Shown: positions 1 through 9,939 of the stretch, piece after piece | Layout of the letters: the number at the start of each line of letters is the position of its first letter | Numbering within the stretch: the first letter of the stretch is position 1 | From: Macrostomum lignano | Lineage: Eukaryota | Assembly (NCBI GenBank): GCA_002269645.1 | Contig: NIVC01000576.1 | Span: forward strand, 169,089-233,088 | Direction: 5' to 3' | DNA: 64,000 nt | Program-made: the position numbers and the translations under genes | The notes under the pieces: generated by a model | Seen by the model: only the letters and a program-made list of their open reading frames with translations | Databases searched by the model: none | What the model was told of the DNA's origin: nothing

Positions 1-360
1 AATCTTCCCAAGCTTGAACCTCCACAAGTTCGAATCTTCCCAAGCTTGAAGCTCCACAAGTTCGAATCTTCCCAAGCTTGAAGCTCCACAAGTTCGAATC
101 TTCCCAAGCTTGAAGCTCCACAAGTTCGAATCTTCCCAAGCTTGAAGCTCCACAAGTTCGAATCTTCCCAAGCTTGAAGCTCCACAAGCTCGAATCTTCC
201 CAAGCTTGAAGCTCCACAAGTTCGAATCTTCACAAACTCGAATCATCACAAACTCGAAGCTCTACAAGCTCAAAATTTCAAAAGCTCGAAACTCCACAAG
301 CTCGAATCTTCCCAAGCTTGAATCTCCACAACCTCGAATCCTCACAAGCTCGAAAATTCA
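1..360. repeat. Minisatellite, 32-bp unit, runs off the window start
   Basis: Unit gaatcttcccaagcttgaagctccacaagttc, period 32, degenerating after about 230. Confidence 0.95.
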
Positions 361-980
361 AACCGTCAAAGTTTAAGCTGAATAAACTTTGACTTTTGAC
401 TTAATAAAGTTTAAGAAACACAAACAGATAAATATTTGCGCCTTCCATTCCAGATTCCGTTTTTTAAAAAGTCCCTGAAACGTGACAGAGAATGAATGGG
501 AGGGGAGAGTAGCGGAACAAGGAGCGAAAATACGGCTGGTTGGTCGTAAATTCTTTCAGCCCTCAGGGGTCCTCCCTAGAGGAGCACCAAAAGTGCACAA
601 CAGTCTGTGCCGGAGGTTGGAAAATCCGATTTCGCCCCGGGAAGGCAGAAAAGCCGAACTACTGAGAGAGAAAGTTGGTAGGGAGCGAATGCCAGGACCA
701 ATATATTCAGTCTCCGCAGGTTCTGCCTGAAGGCTAATATTAATCTGGCAGACTTTGTACTAGCTTAGCAGTAAAGCATTTTTCACGCTCTCTGGCGTGC
801 GCGAGAGGTTCATAAATATAGGCACAGATGCTGCAGGCTAATATTGCAACACATGCTTAGAGGATTTATATTTTAATTAAATAATTATAAACTGTGATGC
901 AACTATTAAGGTCTTGGTAGCGGTTAGCTAAAAATAACTCACATTTTTTCTCTACTCCTCACCTCCTTTTCCTTACTCAC

Positions 981-1760
981 CCCCTCTCTCTATCTTCCTC
1001 TCCCTCTCATCCCTCTCTTCCTCTCCCTCTCATCCCTCTCTTCCTCTCCTTCTCATCCCTCTCTTCCTCTCCCTCTCATCCCTCTCTTCCTCTCCCTCTC
1101 ATCCCTCTCTTCCTCTCCCTCTCATCCCTCTCTTCCTCACCCTCTCATCCCTCTCTTCCCTCTCTCCCTCTCATCCCTCTCTTCCTCTCCCTCTCATCCC
1201 TCTCTTCCTCTCCCTCTCATCCCTCTCTTCCTCTCCCTCTCATCCCTCTCTTCCTCTCCCTCTCATCCCTCTCTTCCTCTCCCTCTCATCTCTCTCTTCC
1301 TCTCCCTCTCATCCCTCTCTTCCTTTCCCTCTCATCCCTCTCTTCCTCTCCCTCTCATCCCTCTCTTCCTCTCCCTCTCATCCCTCTCTTCCTCTCCCTC
1401 TCATCCCTCTCTTCCTCTCCCTCTCATCCCTCTCTTCCTCTCCCTCTCATCCCTCTCTTCCTCTCCCTCTCATCCCTCTCTTTCTCTCCCTCTCATCCCT
1501 CTCTTCCTCTCCCTCTCATCCCTCTCTTCCTCTCCCTCTCATCCCTCTCTTCCTCTCCCTCTCATCCCTCTCTTCCTCTCCCTCTCATCCCTCTCTTCCT
1601 CTCCCTCTCATCCCTCTCTTTCTCTCCCTCTCATCTTCCTCTCCCGCTCATCCCTCTCTTCCTCTCCCTCTCATCCCTCTCTTCCTCTCCCTCTCATCCC
1701 TCTCTTTCTCTCCCTCTCATCCCTCTCTTCCTCTCCCTCTCATCCCTCTTCCTCTCCCTC
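981..1760. repeat. Polypyrimidine minisatellite, 23-bp unit
   Basis: Unit ccctctcatccctctcttcctct, period 23. Confidence 0.95.
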
Positions 1761-2451
1761 TTAACACTTCCTCTCCCCCGCACCCGTGTAGTTTACTCCT
1801 CCAATTCTTGCCATTGCTACTAAGCGATATATATTAATTGCCGCCACTGCCTAAGACATTAGCACTCAATCAGCAACTTATTTAGTGCAATTCCTACTGT
1901 GTCCTTAAAATCGACTCGTGCCCAAGCCAAACGTTGGGTGAAGTAATTGATAGATTTCATACAGGAATCAAGCGTGGCCCAGCTGAAGGACAACACGAGT
2001 CAAGGACTAAGAGAGACAGACAGAAAAGACAGAATTTCTCTCTTTTTAGACAGAAAGGCAGATTGAAAGGCAGATCTGCTGACCGTGTCCCCAACACACA
2101 ATTGTCTATACTTATAAGCTTGCAAGCCCAAGTCCACACACTGTCTGTGAGTACACAGATGATTAACTATGCATTATTCAGTTTGTGCGATGCTCTCTGT
2201 ACAAGATGTGTATTCTTGTATACACAACTAGTGACCTCAGCTCTTATTATTAATTTATCAGGGTACAATGCAATCTGGATAACAGGATTGGCATCAACAC
2301 TTAGTTAAGTAGAAATCAATGATGATGAAATAAACTCAATAATGTATTCTATAATATTAATTAAACAATATAAAGTGGAAAAAGCAACTATCTTCTTCAA
2401 ATAAAAACTCCCACACGCAGAAAAACTTATATTGTGAGCAAAAGGACTTCT

Positions 2452-2850
2452 ATATAGACACACTGGCCTCCAATATATATAGACACACTGGCCCTCAATA
2501 TACTCGTATATAGACACATTGGCCTCCAATTTACATAGACACACTGGCCTTCAATATATATAGACACACTGGCCTACAATATATATAGACACACTGGCCT
2601 TCAATATCTATAGACACACTGGCCTACAATATCTATAGATACACTGGCCTCCAATATATATAGACACACTGGCCTTCAATATATATAGACACACTGGCCT
2701 ACAATATCTATAGATACACTGGCCTCCAATATATATAGACACACTGGCCTTCAATATCTATAGATACACTGGCCTTCAATATCTATAGACACACTGACAG
2801 CCTGACATCCAATATCAATAGAATACACTGGCCCTCAATATCTATAGACA
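2452..2850. repeat. Minisatellite, 25-bp unit
   Basis: Unit cactggcctccaatatatatagaca. Confidence 0.93.
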
Positions 2851-2958
2851 CAGTAGCACTTACCCTAGACACAACCTCCCTGTATAGTACATAGTAAATG
2901 CAAACTACAGTCGCAGAACTCTCATCAGTCAGTTTAAATTTACAGAATTAAAACTCAC

Positions 2959-3153
2959 CTGCGACATAATGTGCAACTGAAATCCAACAATTTGCACTCC
3001 AATTAGCATCATAGCGTGAGAAGTTAGAATCAGTGGCGTCTCAACTCCAATGAAGAACACTAGGCAGAGTATGTACAAGCCGCTCAGCAGTATGCCGTAA
3101 AGAAGGCAAAGGTACAAGGGTATTGGTATCAGGGTGTACGATACCATTACCAC
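2959..3153 (-). CDS. ADCY9: Adenylate cyclase type 9, coding exon 2 (transmembrane helices)
   Basis: cag|GTGGTA...TCGCAG|gtgagt, 195 nt, phase 0/0. VVMVSYTLIPIPLYLCLLYGILLSGLYILC continues the first membrane cluster in frame with exon 1. Confidence 0.8.
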
Positions 3154-3264
3154 CTGTTGGAGTTGAAATCGCAAGTTAAAAGGTTGAATTTTTTTCGAAT
3201 ATAGATAGCTCTTGCGAGAGGAAATCCTTTTCGTCTTTCCAAGGCCATTCCAAGAGAAAATTCC

Positions 3265-3822
3265 ATTTGTTTTCAAGGTCATTTAAATGGAAAATTTAAG
3301 GTCATTTAAGTGATTTAAAGGTCATTGTAAATTAAAAATCCATTTGTGTTCAAGGTCATTCTAAACGGAAGCCTAATGGTTTCGAGGTCATTCTAAATGG
3401 AAAGCTAATTGTTTTCAAGGTCATTTAAATCGGAAACCCATTTGTTTTATTTTTCAAGGTCATTCTAAATGGAAGCCTAATGGTTTTCAAGGTCATCCTA
3501 AATAGACATATATTTGTTTTTAAGGGCATTTAAATGGAAAATGTGATTTAAAGGTCATTTTAAATTAAAAATCCATTTGTGTTCAAGGTCATTCTAAATG
3601 GAAGCCCATTTGTTTTCAAGGTCATTCTAAACGGAAGCCCATTTGTTTTCAAGGTCATTCTAAACGGAAGCCTAATGGTTTTCAAGGTCCTTCTAAATGG
3701 AAATCTAATTGTTTTCAAGGTCATTTAAATCGGAAACCCATTTGTTTTCAAGGTCATTCTAAATGGAAGCCTAATGGTTTTCAAGGTCATTCTAAATAGA
3801 CATCTATTTGTTTTCAAGGGCA
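3265..3822. repeat. Intronic minisatellite, about 33-bp unit
   Basis: Unit tttgttttcaaggtcattctaaatggaagccca fills the intron between the two ADCY9 exons. Confidence 0.9.
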
Positions 3823-3898
3823 TTCCTCGTCTTCACGGTAATAATGAATGGAGATTGCAATCGTCTGTCATAGACTGTAAGTCTATGTCCAGCCTCAC

Positions 3899-4426
3899 CT
3901 GTAAAACTCCGGCAAAATCGAAAATCGGCAAATATCCATAGTCCTCATCGCCTTTCAAAGCGGCCATATTGGCCAGTAGTAGGCCGCCTTTAACCACCAC
4001 GGCAATCAGCGACAATACAAGAGAAAATCGCGGAAATAGCGCTCGAACGTAAGTAGCTCCAAGTAGTAGGACAAAGACGAGAATAGTAGCGACCTCAGTT
4101 AGCACCAAACCCCACCACATTGGAGTTTGGCGAATAGCAAAATAGATAACCCAGACCAGAGAGCACAGGGCCAGGTAGGCGCAGGCACATCTCAGCCTGC
4201 CCACCGACTGCTGGTAGCTGATTCTCTGATAGTGAGCCTCCAGCACGCTCGATGCAAAGCAGGGATTCAAAACCGAACCAGAGGAACGATCGAATAGTGT
4301 CAGTCGGCGTCCTTGACGGCCACCGCCGCCTTCTACTCGACGTTTTCCGCTAATTGGATCGATGTCCACTTCCTCGGTGTCTTTAGTAAACTTGGCCTTC
4401 TCGCTTGGCCCGGCCTCGTCAGCCAT
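3899..4426 (-). CDS. ADCY9: Adenylate cyclase type 9, first coding exon
   Basis: LFDRSSGSVLNPCFASSVLEAHYQRISYQQSVGRLRCACAYLALCSLVWVIYFAI resembles the ADCY9 N-terminus (LFER.SG.WW.PKFDS..LE). Donor CAG|gtgagg at 3899; acceptor 5 nt upstream of the ATG. Confidence 0.82.
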
Positions 4427-4799
4427 TGCAGCTGGTTTTAGCAGAGTGGGCGCCGATTTAAAGAGATTCGATAATGCCAGTAAGGGAGGGTGAGTATGGG
4501 GGGGGCCAAGTGTGCAGGTGACAGGTTTCTCACACTACAAGTTCCACGTTCAAGATTTAAGCACAGTATTTCTGCAAATTGGGCCAATACAGCAAGGTGA
4601 GGTGGCTTGCTTGAAAATTCATATATAATAATAATTTCTTCAATTACTTGACATGTGCATGGCCTATGGCTGGCAGTTCAGATAGACTTATTAAGCATTT
4701 TATTCTTAGCATATGAAACAAGCATGTAGTAGATAAGAAAAAAGGAAGCATCAAGTTCAATCATGCATAGATGATTTCTTGCTATTAAATTAATCCTTA

Positions 4800-5110
4800 T
4801 TGATTATTATTTAAGATTTACAATAAGCTATGCTTGTGCTTAATCAACTCTGCTTTTACAAGTGGATATGTAATTAGGCCAGATATGCAATTAATAGTTT
4901 AGCTACAGTTATTGAGTAGTGCATAGGAAGGCTGCATATGGCTGTTTAGTCTAGGGACTATAGGGTGCCCATATATCCTCAATTATCCTAGCTAATATTG
5001 TTACCCATTTTATAGTTAGGTGAACTAAAGCAATGTAGAGTAAATTACTGTGAAATGTCTTGCTCAAGGACATAAATTGTTCTAATAGAATTGGGAATTG
5101 AACCTTCAAT
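4800..5110 (-). mobile_element. Eroded copy of the tRNA-derived SINE at 42223
   Basis: Reverse complement ttgaaggttcaattccc...tgtccttgagcaagac...aaaatgggt...gactaaacagccatatgcagcc aligns by eye with 42263-42490. Confidence 0.8.
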
Positions 5111-5743
5111 CTTCTTCTTTAATCTTTATTAAATTATTGCTTTGTTTTTGTATCAATAAACTGATTAGATAATTTCTTTGATATATTATACTATATACTT
5201 TAAAAATAATTTTATTTTTAATTATAAAGAAAAAAGAAGGGGTTAGCTTTTTCTTTCTAGAAAACCTATAATTAAAGACCTATAAAAATACAATTAAGAT
5301 ATTTTTTTCTAAAATATAGACATAAACTTTTTGTCTTTTTGCCCCTAATGATTTATCATCTAAATCAAAAAATTAAATTATAAAAACCCCTAAACTAAAT
5401 TACTTATATATTCTAGAAAAAGAAAAATGGAAAAAAGTTGTTTTAATAAAGTAAAAGTAAAATACTTCCTATAATCACTCTTTAGTTATTCAATAATATA
5501 TTGTATTCATTTCAATCTAAACCTTAAGTTTTGTCTAAGATGCATACATAATTGGTATTTTTAATTATATTTTTCAATGTTCTTATTCTTAGAAAAAAGC
5601 TATAGATGCCTCAGTTTGCATTAAGGCGCACCAATGACCAATTTGCAAACAAGCTTTAGTTACCCTATGAGGCTCTACTAGAGGGTATACTTTTGCAACA
5701 ACAACAACAACAAAATACGCTGTCATGATGGTAAAAGTCAGCG

Positions 5744-8611
5744 TCACAGGGCGCGCTTCATGGCTTGGGCGCGAACAAAGGCCGCGCCACCGGCAGTGTC
5801 CGGGGCGCCGGCGTCAGCCAGCAGACAGTCGACATAACGCCGAGTTCGCGCTTGACCTCGCCGGTAGGGTGCCTGCAGCGTGAGCAGCAGCACCTCCTGC
5901 ACCGGCTGTGGGCAGTACGACTCGGCGCGGATGAGATGGCCTGCGAGCTGGAGTCGCCGACGGCGCAGTAGATCACTTGGACGTGGCAGGCCAGCGCGGC
6001 GATAGAGTGCCGCGTTGGTGACTCGCTCGACGCCGATGTTGAAGGCGGCGCGCAGCAGACCAGCGTGCGCCGCATCGACTTGCTGTTCGAGTGAGTCCGT
6101 CAGCGTCCAGGTCTCGGCGTTGTACAGCAGGACGGTCTCGATTACCGCCTGGAACAGCGCCGCCCTCTGGCGGTCCGGTAGGGCCTCGGACTGCAGGACT
6201 GCCCTCACAGAACGAAAGGCAGCCCAGGCAAGCCCGCGGCGGCGTCGCAGGTCCTCGCGAGCGTCTGGAACCAGACCGCCGAGGTAGACGAACTGCTGAC
6301 ATCGCGGGAGTTCGGTCGCCTGCCCGTCAGCGCCTCGGCAAAATATTGCAGCCTCGATGTCGTCCGGCACGCAGAGCACAACGGTCTTCTGCGTGTTGAC
6401 CACCAGGCCGACACTCGCCGCAACGGCAACCAGCCTGTCCAGCTGCCGTTGGGCGCCCTCGACGGTCGAGGACAGCAGGGCGAGGTCGTCGGCGTAGCCA
6501 AGCACGCTGAGCCGCTTCTCCGGTTGACGTCGACCCACGCGTCGCTGCAGCAGAAAACCGTCGTCGTCGGTAGGAAGAGCAGTCCGCAGCACCCAGTCAA
6601 GCACCAGGACGAACAGAAACGGCGCCAGCGTATCTCCCTGAAGCACTCCGGAGGATGTCTCAAAGGAGTCCGATAGGCCGTCCGGTGTTGTCACAGCAGC
6701 TGTCGTATCACGGTACATCGCCATGACGGCGGAGATCAGCTGCTCAGGCACGTTGTACGCGCGGAGCACCATTGGAAGCACGGCTCTGACAACCGAGTCG
6801 AATGCCTTCTTGAAATCAATAAAGATTAAAATCAGTATCGACTGACGAATCCGCGCCTCCTCGATGACTCGGCGAAGAGCCAGGATCTGCGCCACTGTGC
6901 CGCGATGGGGCCGGAACCCGTTCTGCTCTGGGCGCAGGTACGGATCCAGCACGGGCTGCAACCGCGAAAGCAGCATCCGGTTGAACAGCTTCGCTGCACA
7001 GGACTGAAGGCAGATGCCTCGATGGTCTTCAAGCCTAGTGGTGCCCGGCTTCTTTGGAACAGCGACGATGTGCGCCGTGGTCCTTTCGTTGGGCGCCGCC
7101 TCACCGAAGAGCACGCGGTTCATCACTCTGGCGACCTCAGCGGCCACACAGGGGATGCGCAGCGCCTCGATGGGCACCTCGTCCGGACCCAGCGCTTTCC
7201 CGCCCGGTGACTGCTGGGCGAGCTTGACAACGTCGGCTGCGTTGACTGGGGCTACGCTGAAACTCTCCTCTGCCGGCAGCGGCGTCTCCGGCGGCAGCGT
7301 CAGACTGTCTGGCAGCGGGGGTGGCGGCGCGTTGACGATGGCGGCGAAGAACTCGCGCAGCTCGTTCCTACGCTCGTCCGGCGTGTCACCAGCCAGGTTC
7401 AGCGGATTGCGCCGCTTTCGTCCCGTCAGAGCGTTGATGGCGGACCAGGCCACGCGCCCTCTGGCATCGGGCCCAGCGGCAGAGACAGCCTGAATGGCGT
7501 CATCGACAGCCGCTTGTTGGCGCTGCAGGTAGACAGCTGCCAGAGCTGCCTCTGCCTCGCGGGTTGGTCGCCTGCTCAAGCGGAGCTTCTCCAGATCTTC
7601 CCTCGCTGCCTGAATCGCGGGGTCGTCCTGCCAGACCGGCTGCCCACGTTGAGCCGGCTGCATCATCGGGACTGCTTGCTCCGCGGCGGTTCTGATTGCA
7701 GCGCACACTTCCGCATACTCGGCACTTCCACGCTTGTCGCCCAGCGCGGTGTTAAAGGCGCTAGCAAAGCGACGCTGCGTATCGGTGGCTCTGAGCGCGC
7801 GGTAGTAGCGCCGCGGTGGCCGCTTCGGCGGACGGTAGAGCGGATCGCGAAGGTTGAGGTCGCAGATGAGGAGCCGGTGATCGGACCGCAGAGCCAGCGG
7901 CGTGATGGTGCGGCAGTTGACGGCGCGACGACGCTCACGGAAACGCACGAGCACGTGGTCGAGCTGTGCTTGTCTCCGGGTTGCGTTCCTGCCACGCGCG
8001 TTCCGTCGCCTCCGCTTGCAGCCCACGAAGGTTGCGAGACCGCTCAGTGGCTTGCGGAAGCGGGTGTTGGCCGACACCATGTCCTGCCTCTCCAGGAAGT
8101 CCTCTAGTGCCTCGGTGTTGTTGTTCCCGCGTGGCGTCACGAACAGCGACCTCTCGGACCTACGCAGGACTGCGTTCAGGTCTCCGAGGGCGACCGCTGT
8201 GTCACGCTGCGCCGTCGCCTCTACCTGCACTGAGAGCTGCTCGAAAAACTCTTGAGCCTCGTCAGGGCGTGTGGCAGGGGGCGCGTACGCGCAGAACAGG
8301 CGAGCATTCCGACCGCGTAGCCGGACGTCGATCCGAAGCAACCGGGGGGACAGGGAGATGCAGCGACAGCTCTGCTGCAGCCTCGGCCCGATCAGCGCTC
8401 CAACTCCTCCACGGCCTCGCTGGTCCGCAGAAGTATAGTAGAGGGTCCACCCGGCGCCCAAGTCCTCACAATGAAGTCCCGGGTCGGCCTTGATAGACAC
8501 CTCCTGCAGCGAGATGATGTCGCAGCTCAGGTCGTACGCCAGCTTCGCCAGCACCCCTCTACGCCAAGCAGCCTTGAGAGTGCGGCAGTTCAGCGTCCCG
8601 ACCCGAAGCAT
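5744..8611 (-). CDS. APE endonuclease plus reverse transcriptase polyprotein of the RTE element
   Basis: APE motifs TLNCRTL, LQEV, GDLN, LDHVL, SDH; RT motifs EQNGFR, IDFKKAFDSV, GVLQGDTLAP, YADD. No stops. Likely start is MLRVG at 8611; the upstream ATG at 8857 lies within the structured 5' region. Confidence 0.93.
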   Translation of the reverse strand: MLRVGTLNCRTLKAAWRRGVLAKLAYDLSCDIISLQEVSIKADPGLHCEDLGAGWTLYYTSADQRGRGGVGALIGPRLQQSCRCISLSPRLLRIDVRLRGRNARLFCAYAPPATRPDEAQEFFEQLSVQVEATAQRDTAVALGDLNAVLRRSERSLFVTPRGNNNTEALEDFLERQDMVSANTRFRKPLSGLATFVGCKRRRRNARGRNATRRQAQLDHVLVRFRERRRAVNCRTITPLALRSDHRLLICDLNLRDPLYRPPKRPPRRYYRALRATDTQRRFASAFNTALGDKRGSAEYAEVCAAIRTAAEQAVPMMQPAQRGQPVWQDDPAIQAAREDLEKLRLSRRPTREAEAALAAVYLQRQQAAVDDAIQAVSAAGPDARGRVAWSAINALTGRKRRNPLNLAGDTPDERRNELREFFAAIVNAPPPPLPDSLTLPPETPLPAEESFSVAPVNAADVVKLAQQSPGGKALGPDEVPIEALRIPCVAAEVARVMNRVLFGEAAPNERTTAHIVAVPKKPGTTRLEDHRGICLQSCAAKLFNRMLLSRLQPVLDPYLRPEQNGFRPHRGTVAQILALRRVIEEARIRQSILILIFIDFKKAFDSVVRAVLPMVLRAYNVPEQLISAVMAMYRDTTAAVTTPDGLSDSFETSSGVLQGDTLAPFLFVLVLDWVLRTALPTDDDGFLLQRRVGRRQPEKRLSVLGYADDLALLSSTVEGAQRQLDRLVAVAASVGLVVNTQKTVVLCVPDDIEAAIFCRGADGQATELPRCQQFVYLGGLVPDAREDLRRRRGLAWAAFRSVRAVLQSEALPDRQRAALFQAVIETVLLYNAETWTLTDSLEQQVDAAHAGLLRAAFNIGVERVTNAALYRRAGLPRPSDLLRRRRLQLAGHLIRAESYCPQPVQEVLLLTLQAPYRRGQARTRRYVDCLLADAGAPDTAGGAAFVRAQAMKRAL

Positions 8612-8790
8612 GCCCTGTGGTACGGCTGGGGCTCGATGCAGTTGAGCCTCACGGTCCCCGGCGCCACCCGGAGGATCCGAGTGGACCCGCGCGGCAGCTC
8701 GACGGGCGGCGCCACGCAGCCGGCCTCGTCGGTTCCGCTCACGCCGGCGCTCAACACGCCGACGGGCGCTCCGCTGCCCTCGCTTGGTCC

Positions 8791-8856
8791 TGCCGCATTT
8801 GGCCGCCGCAGCAGTTAAGCGCGGCTCTCCGCTCTGACCACGAGGAGGTAGCGGCA
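8791..8856 (-). ncRNA. Candidate HDV-like self-cleaving ribozyme core
   Basis: Minus strand UGCCGCU ACC UCCUCGU GGU CAGAGC GG AGA GCCGC..GCGGC GGCCAAAU GCGGCA follows the order P2-P3-L3-P3-P1'-P1.1-P4-J4/2-P2'. The P1 5' strand was not found. Confidence 0.6.
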
Positions 8857-9939
8857 TTTATCTGCACCGTGGTGCAAATAAATTAAGACTGCAAATAAAT
8901 TAAGACTGCAAATAAATTAAGACTAAATAAGATAAATTAAGTATACTTTTGCACTTTTGTAAATAAATGGTATTTGTGGGGAATGTGCATTATATTCTTT
9001 CTATTCTTTTGTTTACAATAGCCCTCCTCTTCTACTTGCTAAGGGTTTTTATACCTTGGTTTGAGCATTAGCTCTTGCATTCTCACTCTTGTTCTCTATT
9101 TAGCTATAGTCATTTTAAAAATTAAATTAATACAAATAGGTCTATAAGTATAAGTATTAAATTATAAGATAATTATAGCTTATAATATGAATAAAAAAGT
9201 AATATACTAATTATTAATTAAAAAACATAACATAAAACCATACTTAGACTAAATTGTATAATAAATACAAAGTGCACCTAATAAATGATTAAAAAGTTTA
9301 AAGTTATATTAATTGATGACATACATACTCATAGCCTAGCCTACAGGCCTATCATATCAAATTAGGTCTAGTTACGAGCAAGTAAAACACATTGAAGCTG
9401 TGTCAAGTGGTTTTTTTATAAAACCATTCTGGGTACAGAACACCATACAGCAGCAACAGCCCAGGGACGGGTAGTCGTTTATGTTGTAGACAACTGACAA
9501 CACTAGTCACTAGCTACTGTGGTGCATGTAAATGAAATAAGCTTTTAAACAGACATATAGAATTAACCATACAAGAATTTTTTTAAAAATATGTAGGTTT
9601 TTTCCTTGTAATTTAGTCAGATAGTAATTAGCTAAGCTAAGATTAAGAATTGATTTTCGATAAAATCGTAAAAGTGCCTTGATTTTAAACGATTAAAAGT
9701 TCCATGACGCTAATACAAATGTGAAAATGTTTATTTTTTCGTTTTTAATAAAATGCAACTGCTTTAATAATTAATGTTTTAAAAAAAGAAACAAAACAAA
9801 AAACAATATGCATCACAAATTACCTTTAAAGAAAAGTTTCTACTTTGTTTTACCCAGCATTCATGCTTTTATTTGAACAAAAGTATTTCAGCATAATTTT
9901 AAAACGTGTATTAGTTATGAAATTATAAATAACTCTCCA

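Larger units (their letters stand above)
5698..8940 (-). mobile_element. Near full-length RTE-clade non-LTR retrotransposon
   Basis: Perfect 13-bp TSD gtatacttttgca at 5685-5697 and 8941-8953; (TTG)n 3' tail; single APE+RT ORF; strongly GC-rich against AT-rich flanks. Confidence 0.93.

Noticed and set aside
482-2544. Further ADCY9 exons or small genes between the arrays
   Set aside because: No frame resembled the expected continuation of ADCY9; the next exon probably lies left of the window.
5758-8886. Many short ORFs overlapping the RTE ORF
   Set aside because: Expected in high-GC sequence with few stop codons; no recognisable motifs.
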